A stretch of DNA of 64,000 nt from Raja brachyura (Eukaryota), in contig OY740811.1 of assembly GCA_963514005.1 (NCBI GenBank), positions 27,528,001 to 27,592,000 of the forward strand, in the 5' to 3' direction. This document shows, piece by piece, positions 12,803 to 24,446 of the stretch. The notes beneath the pieces are model-generated. The model was given only the letters and a program-made list of their open reading frames with translations, searched no databases and had not been told where the DNA came from. The translations under genes were made by a program, and so were the position numbers. Every line of letters starts with the position of its first letter. Positions within the stretch are counted from its first letter, which is position 1.

Positions 12803-12932
12803 CTGAAGGCACGGTGCTCCTGTCGCAAATCCCGTCTTTCAGCAACTTGTCCCTGATCTCCCAGCTAAACATCCCCGGGTTTTCTCTCTTGTATTCCTCG
12901 ATCTTTTTCTCTACATCAGGCGTTGCTACCTG
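12803..12932 (-). CDS. PAX3: Pax-3 coding exon 3, paired domain RED subdomain (Q+ form; Q- form starts at 12929)
   Basis: Acceptor ...TTAAAG|CAG|GTAGCA (NAGNAG); encodes [43 protein letters not shown]; donor TCA G|GTGAGG; 130 bp. Confidence 0.95.
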
Positions 12933-13974
12933 CTTTAAGGTGGGGAAAGGAGACGTAGAGACAGGGAGACACAGAGACAGAAACAAAAAATGCGCTTTCA
13001 ATTTATTTGATGTGAATGATCAAGCAACTAAATCATTACATGTCCATTTTCTGTTCACAAATCGTCAAAATAAAATTTAAATATCACCCACATTTCTACC
13101 AATTAATTACTTCTCTCTCTTGAGATTCGCTTATCTAACTGTGGGATAGAGCAGTTGGGGAGAGTGTTTCGCAGCCTTGAATTTCACTTGTTCAAAACTG
13201 TGCGAATTTCTTCAAAATAAACGTGAAACATGCTATTGATTGCAGTGCTTTCGGACCCGGTGATTTATGAACTAGCGTGACTTCAGGTTTTGAACTAAAA
13301 CTCAGTGTCGAGTTCCAGTTCAGTCCACTCTGATCTCACCGCCGTTGCTGCCCAGTGTTATTCCGAGTGACCCTGTAACTCCCCGTGTCCTCCTGAGAAA
13401 TGGAGGAAAAAAAACTATTCCTGTCGGTCTGTCAAACGGCAGCAGCCGAGAAGCGCACTGTTTTAAGTTAATTACCGATTAGATAGAATATCCGCTGCTT
13501 AAGGGGGGGGAATAAAAGCGCAACAATAATTTAAAGCAACGTTTAATTCTCACGAATCTCACACCAAGATTGCTGTGGTTTAAAGGGAATAACTACATTC
13601 CACCAGCATGTGAACATTGATTGGAGAGGGTGCACGGGGTTACTGCGATGCTAAGTTTTCGGGCAGTTTATTTGTTTTCCCGATTTGTGTTTTTTTTAAA
13701 ATCAGCATCTTATTTTTACTTCTCCTTCAACTGTTGAGAGACAAACCCGCCTCCAGCCCCCGGGGCGTTGAGTCTGGGGTAAGGGTGTGAATATCAGAAA
13801 GCATATGCATGAATAGAAAGTGAAACTTGGGTGGGTGGGGGGTAGTTGTACGTGAGCGGGGTTGGGAATGGTGTGAAGGTCCGTCTCCAAAACTACATTA
13901 AGTTCTTGTTCCAGTGGCCCACAAATTGAACCCGTCAGAGAGCCAATTCGCCCCCCGCCATTTCCTCCACTCAC

Positions 13975-14210
13975 CCTGGGCTTGCTGCCTCCGATCGCCC
14001 CGGGCCGGATAGAGCCAGTCTCTTGGTAGCGGCACAAGATTTTGGAAACGCAGCCGTGAGAGACTCGCAGCTGTCTGGATATGACACAGGGCCGGATACC
14101 GTGATGGGCCATTTCCACTATTTTGTGTCGAATATGATTCGGTAAGGGTCTGCCGTTTATAAACACTCCTCCCAACTGGTTAACTCTGCCCTGGCCCAGA
14201 GGCGTCGACA
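13975..14210 (-). CDS. PAX3: Pax-3 coding exon 2, paired domain N-terminal (PAI) subdomain
   Basis: Polypyrimidine tract and AG acceptor at 14212-14211; encodes [79 protein letters not shown]; donor AGG|GTGAGT; 236 bp, and 85+236=321 restores phase 0. Confidence 0.96.
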
Positions 14211-15704
14211 CTATTTATAGAGAGACAGAGAAAAGAAAAGGAGAAAACCAAGAGTTAAGCGTGTTACCAGCGACACCGGCCTATACAACAGCAAGGACAA
14301 GATATCCGGGCCGACACAGCGCTGAGCTTTACAACTTCCCAACAGTGATGTACGGCAGGAGCCACGTCTTATTTCACACCATCTTATTTCCCCAAAGTCT
14401 CCTGGAATCTCCATTTGCCCCCACCCACCCAAGATTGTGATAAATGTAGAATGGATGAATGCAGCTTTTAAAACAGGTGTGTGGTGTTGGCGAATCTCCA
14501 GACTCGGTTTACGTGAAGTTAAAGAAATGCCCAGTCTCTCGCTCTCTCTTTTGCTAAACAAATACATTCAAGAATAAATTGTAATGTAGCTGGGTCATTA
14601 GGGGAAAAGTTGGGAGTTAAGCTGCAGTTCTAATCGTCACAAACGTCAGTGGGGTTTTACACTGTTGAAGGCTGGAATTGTAATCAGACTAATGCAATTA
14701 AACTCTCAACTTTCTGAACAGGACTTAGGATATCCGGCCTTGAAGGATTTAAAAACCTTGCCATAGAACTGAGAATAATTCCAATTTAATACATTCGCTC
14801 ATTACAAATCAGGGTGACCTCTCCCCATAGAAATATGTTATTTTCCAGTTATAGGTTGAACCGGGCTAAGGAAAGCGGCTTTAATAAATTCGTTTTCCAT
14901 GAAAGATTTGCTTATTAAATGAAGTGTGTTAGTTGTATTTAATGGATAAAAGGCGAGACCGAGTAAAAATACACAGGAGCTGATCGGGAACTCGTTTCGC
15001 CGCGCCAGCCTGATTGGAGCTTTTTATTCCTTAATCTGAATCAGGCATTGCTAATTTAAAGTAATGATGACCAACACATGTGGTTATCTGGGGCACGACT
15101 CAATTCCTCTCAAACATTTCCAAGTGGCCGATTCCTGCACTCGATAGGCACTAGACATTGAAACACTTGCTTCACTCATTATTCCCAGTCATGTTGTACA
15201 AATATTGGTGTAATCCCCCTTATCCCTCTCCTGACTATTCTTCACTTCACTTGCACTTCAGTAAATCCACCAAGCTTGTGTGTTTTTCGGCGTGCGTGGC
15301 TGGTGGCGTTTCACCAATGTCTCCTTGATCACGAAATGTAGGAAGCGAGGGAAGCAAGGAAATAAATTCAACCCCAAACCCTACAGCGACCCTGTGTTAG
15401 GCCGCACGTGCTCGGAAAACTTATAACAAAAAAAAAACTGAATTAGCAATAAATGTCCACTGCCAATTAATTCAAGGTACATCAATGCCTCATGTTGACA
15501 CATGTGTATCACAACAGACACATTAGGCGCGGGCAGCACAAAATAAACTCCTGCCATTTTTACATTTACCTACAATTATTTACCACTAACAGGCGTTTAA
15601 ACAAAAGCAAGATTCAACGTTTCTATCTCCCCTGTTTGTAAATATCTCCAGTAACTTTTACACGTTAATTTATGCCATTACACTGAGATCCACGGTCGAC
15701 CTAC

Positions 15705-15789
15705 CTTCTAATGGGAATCCGGCCCTGCTGTAATTCTGACCTGGATTTGGACGCATCATCCGCGGTACTGTCCCGGTGAGAGAAGTCAT
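15705..15789 (-). CDS. PAX3: Paired box protein Pax-3, coding exon 1 ([28 protein letters not shown])
   Basis: ATG at 15789 on the minus strand; translation matches the Pax3/7 N-terminus; ends ...TTA GAA G|GTAG donor; 85 bp, as in vertebrate Pax3/7 exon 1. PAX3 rather than PAX7 is inferred from adjacency to SGPP2. Confidence 0.92.
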
Positions 15790-16460
15790 TCTAGAATCGG
15801 TATCGAAACGAATGTATCGGGGTGGGTGGGTGGGTGGGGGTTGGGGGGAGGGAGGGAGGGAGGGAGTGGGCAGAAAGAAAGGTTTGCACCAAAAAAAGAA
15901 TAACGAGCGAATCACAAAGTGGCGTGGACCGGGGTGCACGCAGAGCTCCCTCTCTGCTCACTGGAGCCGGTAATCAGCCTGGCCGCCGCTCTGCCTCCGC
16001 CGACCAGCCTCGCACCGCTCTGATCTTCCGGGGGGGGGGGAGTTTCTTAGGGAAGTGGGATGAAGGGGGGGGGGGATGTTGGAAACTGATGGAGTCGTTG
16101 GGCTTCTGAGGCAGGAGTTCCCCTTCCCAGCAGGGCTTCAGGCAGGCTGTTAATTCCAAACCCACACCCCCCTTTTTAATGCCCTTTTGAAGAGAGTTTT
16201 GCAACTGTTGAAAGTCTCCAGGAAGCAGTGAGATGTTAAGGCGCCCAAGTTAGGCGCAGTGTGGAGGAGGAGGAGAGTTGGGACTCTGATAGGCTCGGAC
16301 GGATTCTTTTATTCACGAGGAGGGAGAGGACTCGCTGACAAGTGAATGCTCCAATGACGGCGGGGAGACTGGGGGCCGATCACACTCTCTCGCTGCCTCG
16401 TTATCAATCAAACAGATGGTTTACTAAAACACCATTATATAAAATAATACATTAAACACC
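15790..16460 (-). promoter_or_regulatory. PAX3 5'UTR and proximal promoter (GC/CpG-rich)
   Basis: Directly upstream of the ATG and CpG-rich; TATA-like ATTAAAAA (minus, 16173-16180), CCAAT 16351-16355, TGATTGAT PBX/HOX-type site (minus, 16403-16410), E-box CAGATG 16413-16418. The TSS cannot be determined from sequence. Confidence 0.6.
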
Positions 16461-17349
16461 AGTCAGCAATCGGCGTTAAACGATACCGCAACGGAGAGAA
16501 ATCCCCCACCCTAGCTTCTGACTAACGAGACCCACAGTCAGAAAGAGCATCGCGAACCAAACTTTAGGCTGGATGGTTCGAGACTCGCTTTAAAGCCCAA
16601 ATACTTTATTAAACTCGCAGCACTTCACTGGACAAAATGTCGATTTAAAAGTAAAAGGCCCAGCCGCGACTGCCTTGGCCTAACGTGTTGTCTGCGAAAA
16701 AGCCGTGTGTACGAGCACTGACTGTGACCCTTCTTTAAGCGTCAATTCTCCTTAGTGCTACGAAGGCAACGGCAGGGATTGAGCGCAGCGAACTTCAACG
16801 TCCGCAGATGTCGGGGAGAGAACTGCATTTAAAAGTGTAGGGCGAAGGTGCCTGCACTGATGGTAATGATGCGGGGCTCTGCTCTGGGCCCTTCCTTCCA
16901 CCTCCCAATAATACCCTCACAACTGTCCAATCCTCCTTAGGTCATTTCAGTTTTATCGTGACAATTTTCTTCGAACACATTCCAAGATTAATCTGACCCT
17001 TACTGCCGGAGTGATCCCCTGAACAGCCCCTATGCCCTGAATTACTGTTGGGAACGACTTGTTACATTTCTGCACATAGACAGGGGAAACGGGAGCAGCT
17101 AAAATACATTTAATTGTTTAAATCAGCTTCTTTCGCCTGAGATCCGGAGGGCGAAGGGTCGGGCATTTTCACTGTCTTGTCCCCCCATATAAGGAAGGCA
17201 GATCTCCCTGCAGAAGGTATTTGTTTTCAATGCTTGTACCTTTTTGATGGATTGTAAAATAACCCATTTTTTCCCTGTAGGATCGGTGATGTTTCCCTTC
17301 CCAAAGACAGATGATTACAAATGACAGCAGCTGTTCTGAGACACCCGGA

Positions 17350-17810
17350 CCCACACATACACCAAACACTCAATCAACTCTCATAGTCGCTCCCCAATCT
17401 AACACATAGACCCACAAACTCCCTCACATACACTCTCTTAAACATTTACAACAACTCCCACCTCCCATGCACACAGCCAAACGCACCCAACGAACACAGC
17501 TGTACACCCGCGCAAACACTCACATCTGTAATATAGACAGACCCATACACACTTTTACACACGAATACACCCACAACCATGCACACGCATATTTCGAAAT
17601 ACCTACTCACACCAAGCCACTCACACCCAAATATAAAGACACAACCAAACATACGTACACGCACCCCATTCACAAAACCAAAAATACACCCATACTGAAT
17701 ATACGGCGGACACAAGCACTGTACACACACTTGAGCACCGACTGCATACGCACACGCATTCACATTTGCACAACTTGTGCACACTCCAACCCTCTCCACG
17801 TACACAAACA
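17350..17810. repeat. Degenerate CA-rich low-complexity tract
   Basis: Direct inspection. Confidence 0.8.
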
Positions 17811-18602
17811 GAGCCTTGTGAGAATCTCCAAAATGACTCAGAGAAGTTTCTGATTTAATTTCCCCTCGATGGCTGATCTCCAGAGCATGTTAATTGTTCT
17901 AATGTAATACAACACTGATCACTGGGACCAGGAACCAATCGATGATCCATTTATTAAATGTGTTCGGTTATGGCTATTTCACCAAATGTCACTGATGTTA
18001 ATTATAATAAGAAGAATTTCGAAAAGTTGCGCTTTGCTTTCCACACCCTCCCTTAATCTTCATTTAATCCGCATTCACCTCGGCTAATAATTCGTTTGCC
18101 AAGTAATAACAACGCGTCTAGTCTAAAAATGACTTCCTAAATGAAAATTGGGAACAAAGAGACGCCTCGCTGTGTGCCAGGTACCCGGTCCGGAGGTGAA
18201 ACCCCTTCAATGCAGACAATTAATTCCAAACCACTCTCTTGGTAGTTTGTTTCACTAACTGTGTGAATATTTGCACCCGTGCAATCGATTTTGAATTGCA
18301 TTGAAACAATTCTCAAAATCTGAGCCATAAATTGATACAGCTTTATTATGCTCAATCGGTGCGATATTCCTTCGAAGACTCCAACCATCTGACCGATGGG
18401 CTGATGACCAGTGCCGAGTGCTAGACGCCGTGCGGCGAATGATACGTGGTCTCAGTTGTACCCAAGCCTCAACCTTGCCACCAACACCTCTCGTACTAAC
18501 TTTATCCCACCTCGAACTCCCGCATTATTTAGCACCCAACAACCCCAAACCTAACACCAACACAAATACCCCTTAAATTAATCTCAATCTATGTTGTAAA
18601 CC

Positions 18603-18750
18603 TGCAGGAAGGAACTGCAGATACCGGTTTACATCGAAGATAGACACTGAATGCTGGAGTAACTCAGCCGGATAGGCAGCATCTCTGGAGAGAAGGAATA
18701 AGAAGGAATGAATGCCCGTTCCGCTGAGTTACTTCAGCATTTTATGTCTG
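18603..18750. mobile_element. Penelope pLTR-derived fold-back insertion
   Basis: Same family (GCTGGAGTAACTCAGC...GCTGAGTTACTTCAGC); flanks TTGTAAACCTG and TTGTAACCCTG. Confidence 0.7.
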
Positions 18751-20104
18751 TTTTGTAACCCTGTTCTGAGCGCAACTCTTCTCTACTCGTTTTTCACATC
18801 GCAGCTCCCGTCCTGAAGAAAACTACTTGCTCAGAATCCCGTCGGACGTTTGTGAACAAATTGAAGCTGGACCCGGGGGAGCGGAGGGCGAGCGACCAAG
18901 TCTTGCATCGACCAAGGGCGATATTCTTCCTTCGCTTGTTTCTAGACTTCCAAACCCACACGTCTCTGAACCATGGTCCGGTTTCTCTTTTATCCTCATC
19001 TCAATATTCATACATTGAAAGAAGCGGCGAATTGAAGCGGCGGACGATGAGGGAATAAAAAGGGAATATGAATTACGCTATAAATAATATGACTCTGTCC
19101 GGGAGTTTTTCAAAAATACCCAGTATTGCTCATCTCAGTACAACGTTATGTCAGTCGCTAATCATCTGATATTTATTTCAGTAATTAATTCAATCGCTCC
19201 CTAACTTTACCAGACTACAATATACAATACTATTTGTTCAAATTATTCAGTTATATTTGACCAATAACTAAGTATGTTGCTCCAAATATTAATTTAAATT
19301 ACCAAATGGTATTCAATCATTTGGACAGCAAAATAGTATTCCATTATTATATTACTTATAGTATTAAATTATTTGGAGAGCAAAATCACAGTTCCCAATA
19401 TCGAGTTACCAATTAAAAGTATCCAACTACATCTGATCCTAATGATATCAGTCCTAAATATCCAGAATATCATGCCTACAATAACCAGTCATAGAAATGC
19501 TCAAAAATTGTTATACCCCTTCCAAGTATATGGTTATTTTCATAATTTATTCCGGTATACATATATACACCCGACCCCAAGATCGAGTTATAGTTGTTCC
19601 CAGTTTTGAGTTACTACAGCAATTTGTGTCTATCTTTGAGTATTAAGCGTTTGTCAAACTCCATATTAGCTCATAATATCCAGCCATCTCTGCATCTGTC
19701 AGTCTTCGATCGTTCAATATTGGTTTTAAATTTCCAACATCTTCAGCATCCTGTGAGTGAATGAAAAAAACAAGTCAAATATCTTCCTTATACCCAGATA
19801 TAAAAACACTATCATCAGCAGTACATAATAGTTAATACTGTATATCTGTCAGCAATCATCTGGGTCTTATGGGCTGAACTCATTCCAAAAATGTACTTAT
19901 TACTTACAAATGTTAGTTACCTATTTCTAGTTTGAGCTAAATTGTTTCTAATATATAGTTGCCTCAAATGTATACTCGTCTCAATATTTATTATATCAAA
20001 TCTATCTAACAATCTGCATACTAGCTGCAATGTCCAAACTTAATTTTTCAACTTTCAACATTTTAAATCATTGACTAATGCAAGCTCCTTGCATTAAGGA
20101 GTGG

Positions 20105-20400
20105 CTGCACGGTGGTGCAGGTGGCAGAGCTGCTGCCTCACAGTGCCAGAGACCTGGGCTTGGGTACTGCCTGTGTGGAGTTTGAATGTTCTCTCTACGA
20201 CTGCATGGGTTTCCTCCAGGTGCTCCGGTTCCTCCCGCATCCCAAAGACGAACGGGTTTGCAGGTTAGTTTTCTTCCGTAAAATTTCCACAAATGTGTAG
20301 GAAGTGGATAAAAAAGTGAAATAACATAGAACTGGTGTGAACGGGTGATCGATGGTCGGTGTGAACTTGGGGATCTGAAGGGCCAGTTTCCATGCTGTAA
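20105..20400 (+). mobile_element. tRNA-derived SINE (HE1/V-SINE-like)
   Basis: A-box-like GGTGGTGCAG, central V-domain-like TGTGTGGAGTTTG...GGGTTTCCTCCAGGTGCTCCGGTTCCTCCC, and a LINE-like tail GAAGGGCCAGTTTCCATGCTGT. Confidence 0.8.
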
Positions 20401-22664
20401 ATTTCAATGTCCAAAATGTGCTGGAATCCCCTGAACTCCAATTGTTACACCAGGTTTTTCAGGATTGGCATCCTTGCTTTGTTTACTGGCACCATCCACC
20501 TGTGGTTGTAGGGTTTTTGTGTGAGTCCCACACAGCCTCCTGTTGTCTGCAATCCTGGCAACAGGTGAAAGGCAGAGCGTGGTCTGACTGCAAATCTAAA
20601 GCTGCCTCTGTATCACAAAAATGCAAAATCCAGAGTCTGGTTTCAACACCAGGGTGTAACCAAAGTAATCAGGGTGTAATCAGAGTAAACCAAAGATCAA
20701 AGACAAAGTTTCTCTCCAACCAAAAAATGTTTTTAAACTCATTAAAACTTCAATCAGGATGCACAGGTGCAGTTGGATGGAGAGATAGGTCTTGAAGGTG
20801 TGAATGGTTTATTGATGTGGGGTGGGTGAATGTAAGAACATAAAAAACTGAAGAGAATAGAAGCAGTGGAAGACTTATCTCTTCTTCAGCACCAGTTCCT
20901 CATGGCCCTCAACTTCCTGATCTTTCAACGTTTCATCAACTTTCTCTTTAAATGTCTGCAGTCATCCAGCTTCCACAAATCTTCAAGGTAGAGAGTTCTA
21001 CAGATTTAACATTCTTGTGAAGAAAAGTTCCTGCAGACTTCAGTGTTAAAAGGTTGCTCACTTGGAATAACCTGGCTCATTTGAGAACCTCCCACCCAGG
21101 GAAAGATCTCGTGTCTAGTCTGCCATGCTCCGACACATCCCTTACTTTTCAAAACTCTGAAGAGTAAAGTTATAATCTTGGAAGCTGCTAGTGATAAGTG
21201 ATAACACAACTCTTTATCCTAGGAATTTGTCTCGTGGTGAAGAAAGAGGGTAGGAAGAAGAACACAGTGGTTAAATGGAAACTCTTCCCAAATTATTTAT
21301 CTTCCAGGCAGGGATGCAGTATAATAACACGTAGGGAATTAAAAGAATGGGAAAGTGGAAGAGAGGGAAAAATGGAATGCAAAAGGAATATGGGTAAGGT
21401 GTAGAGAGAAAGTGATGAGAGAAAGTCAGAATGTGAGACGGACTGAATGTGAGAATGGGAGAAATGATACAGGGACGGGAATGCTTGCCTGCACAGTGTA
21501 ATGGGAGCTTTGCCATGTTACCAAGTCATATTTTACCCTTCGGGTTTGATAGGAAAATAAAGATTTTAATTCTATAGCTCAAAAAAAAGCAAAGAAACCT
21601 TAGTGAATTTCTTTGCAAAGATTTGTGATAAAGAATAGGTTATCAGGAAAATCAAAGAGAATCCTTTAATCAACATTCTTGCTATAATTAACTGTACTGG
21701 GGATAACCGAAAGTCCCTCCAGCAGCTCGAGGGAGGTACTGAGCCTCTCAAAGCAACTGTACGGAGCCTCACCCAGAGCAAACTGAGCGTGTCAAGCATT
21801 ATCTGTGGAGAGAATACACAGGTGACGTTTCAGGTCTTCAGACTCATTCCCTCCACAGATGCTGCCTGATCCACTGAGTTCCTCCAGCACTTTGTGTTTT
21901 GCTCAAGATTCCCGCATCTGTAGTTCTTTGTGCTTCAGCTTCTCCTAGTATTGGGTTTCACAGTGTAGCGGTGATGTTTCTTGGCTAGTACTCGAGTTCT
22001 TGACTTTGTTAATCCAGAGACATAAATTTAAATGAATTTGTGGCAGCCAAATAATTTAAATTTAAGTAATTAATTATACAGGGATTTTAAAAGAAGCACC
22101 AGTTTCGGTAACTATAACCTTGAAACAACTGGGTTGTGAAAGCGAAGTCCGTCTGTATCATTAAGGAGAGGGATTCTGCCATGATTACCCAGCCTGTCCG
22201 AGACTTTAACTGGCCCCCTCGGTTCTGGCAGGGGTGATGGGAGATAGACCATAAATGTCACCATTGTCAACGATATTGCATCCCGTGAATGTATAAAAAA
22301 AACCTTCCCTTAAGGGAAAGAATTTCTTGCAAAACTTTTATTAAAAAGTCTATTTCATTATCAATGAGCCGTGACAATTAAGCAGACATCATCATGAAAA
22401 AAACTTTGGAAAATCTTTTTCCTATTTCTAATAGACATCACAATGAATCATTCCTTGAATGGGAGTCACCTGATGCTCTCCCTGTACAATTTAGTCAATG
22501 CAAAATAGTTTGCCTGGGGTGATAATGACTACTGTAGCATCGCAGTGATTGTATTTACCTGCTTAAATGTCAGCAAGTTGAGGGTTTTCATGCATCATTG
22601 GTTAGACTGGTGAGGTGGGGATTGATGAGTTGCAGTGAAGAAAGTAAAAGGGAGGGATTTCCAC

Positions 22665-23005
22665 TTAGAACATAGAACAGTAGAGCATAGGAACAGGCCC
22701 CTCAGCCCACATTGTAATTGCGGAATGTGCTGTCAAGTTAAACTAATCTGTTCTGACTGCTTGAGATCCATGGGCTGCATATCCATGGGCAGACCTAAAT
22801 GCTTGAATGCCACTGTTGCATCTGCCTCCATCACCACTCCTGGCAGTGTGTTCCAGGCCCACCACCCTCTAAAAAACTTGACCTGCACATCTCCTTTGCC
22901 CCTCCACCTTTAAGCTATGCTCTCTTGTCTTGGACATTTCCACCCTGGGATAAAAGGTTCTTACTCTCTACCTTATCTATTCCTCTCATAATTTTAATAT
23001 ACCCC
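22665..23005 (-). mobile_element. Degenerate CR1 3' fragment
   Basis: AACATAGAACAGTAGAGCATAGGAACAGGCCC tail and a typical CR1 3' body. Similar fragments lie at ~37300-37450, 37990-38320, 45245-45365, 58975-59720 and 63780-63980. Confidence 0.65.
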
Positions 23006-24151
23006 TAACACTTCTAGCAATTGTTTCAGTTTAAATTAAAAATGTTCTTATGTGTGCATTTGGCAAAGCTTAATTAATCAAATGCTTAATTGTAAGAGAT
23101 TTTAAATATTATCGGACGTCAGTTTTTTAAATAAAGACTTTGAATCTTTCATAGCTTTGACAGCCAGTAAAGCTGAAACACTGCTTTGCCAGTAGTTCAA
23201 GCTTTCAGAGAAGTTTGGGAGGCTGTGCATCTACAACGTAGTGTCTGGCAGTGCTGCCAGAACTAAGGAGATGTTGCTGGATTCTGGGTTTTCCAAGCCA
23301 GCAAGAGAGGACCTCTGCATCTGCTCCAGGGAAGTTTGGAATTGGGTGGCCAACAGGCAGTGATTGTCAGTAGCAGGTTATGCCGGCAGAATTTATCCCA
23401 TTATAAAATGTCCACAAGCACACCATAATCTGTGCAAAGCACAAAGTGCTGGAGGAACTTAGCCGGGCAGGCAAGGATTTCACTCCACAATGCAGCCTGA
23501 ACCATTGAGTTCTTCCAATACTTTGTGTTTTAGTCAAGATTCTAGCATCTGCAAGTATTAAAAGAAAATTTGTCCTGCATTAAAGGGATTAAAATATTGT
23601 GCATTCCTTTTCTCCTTTGTTTACTATTTAGAATGTATCAGAAGGTGTTTGGACAGGATCGTGCAGTGGGATTTGGGATTCATTACGTTCCATGAATGCA
23701 TCTAAGCAGAGTTGGTAAATTCATGAAGTTTGGCAATTTACCTTTGTGTGCCAGCATGGATTAATCCAAGGACAGGGACTTATATGACATAAGGAATGAA
23801 CATTTATATGTAGGGGAGATCATTCCTGGCCCAACCGGTTGAAATTCACAAGACTCACTTGTAGACCTTGAAGGGACATATTCCAGTGTCTATTGAATTT
23901 TGTCCAGGTCTCAGTGGCTGCAGAGGAGGAAGCTGAGAGCATGTTTAGTTCAGTTTAGTTTGGTTCTCAAAAAATGGGACTGGATCAACGGACAAATTAG
24001 CCCTTCCTATTCTGTCTTTTAAATGCAATCCTTTTACCTTTCTTTGACCTCAGGAAACCTGCGATACCTGCCTCATGTCCTAAGAGTTGAATATCATCAA
24101 ACCCTCACTTGAAGAATGGCCACAAGGCAAAATAGTCCACTACAACAACAT

Positions 24152-24446
24152 GGGCAGCACAATGGCGCAGCTGGCAGAGTTGTCGTCAGAGTTGTTGCCC
24201 GGGTTCGATGCAGTCTGTGTGGAGTTTACATGTTCTCCGTGCGCCCCTTTGGGTTTCCTTCAGGTTGTCTAGGTTTTCTCGCACATCTTGAACAATTTTG
24301 TAGGTTAATTGGCCTCTGGATATTGCCCCTAGAGTGTAGGGAGTGGATGAGAAAGTGGGATAACATAGAATTAGTGTGAACAGGTGATAGATGGTTGGCG
24401 TGGACTCGGCGAGCCAAAGGGAATGTTTCCGTGCTGTATCTCTAAA
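24152..24446 (+). mobile_element. tRNA-derived SINE (HE1/V-SINE-like)
   Basis: TGGCGCAG A box, GGTTCGAT B box, V-domain-like core. Confidence 0.8.

Noticed and set aside
13702-14211. 169-aa ORF as a standalone paired-box protein
   Set aside because: It is exon 2 plus intron read-through; canonical splice sites delimit 13975-14210.
11729-15789. Calling the gene PAX7
   Set aside because: Despite PAX7-like residues, the neighbour is SGPP2 and the PAX7-specific GL acceptor is absent; kept as a finding instead.
20105-20400. tRNA genes at A/B-box-like motifs
   Set aside because: These are SINE heads without a cloverleaf, continuing into a SINE body.
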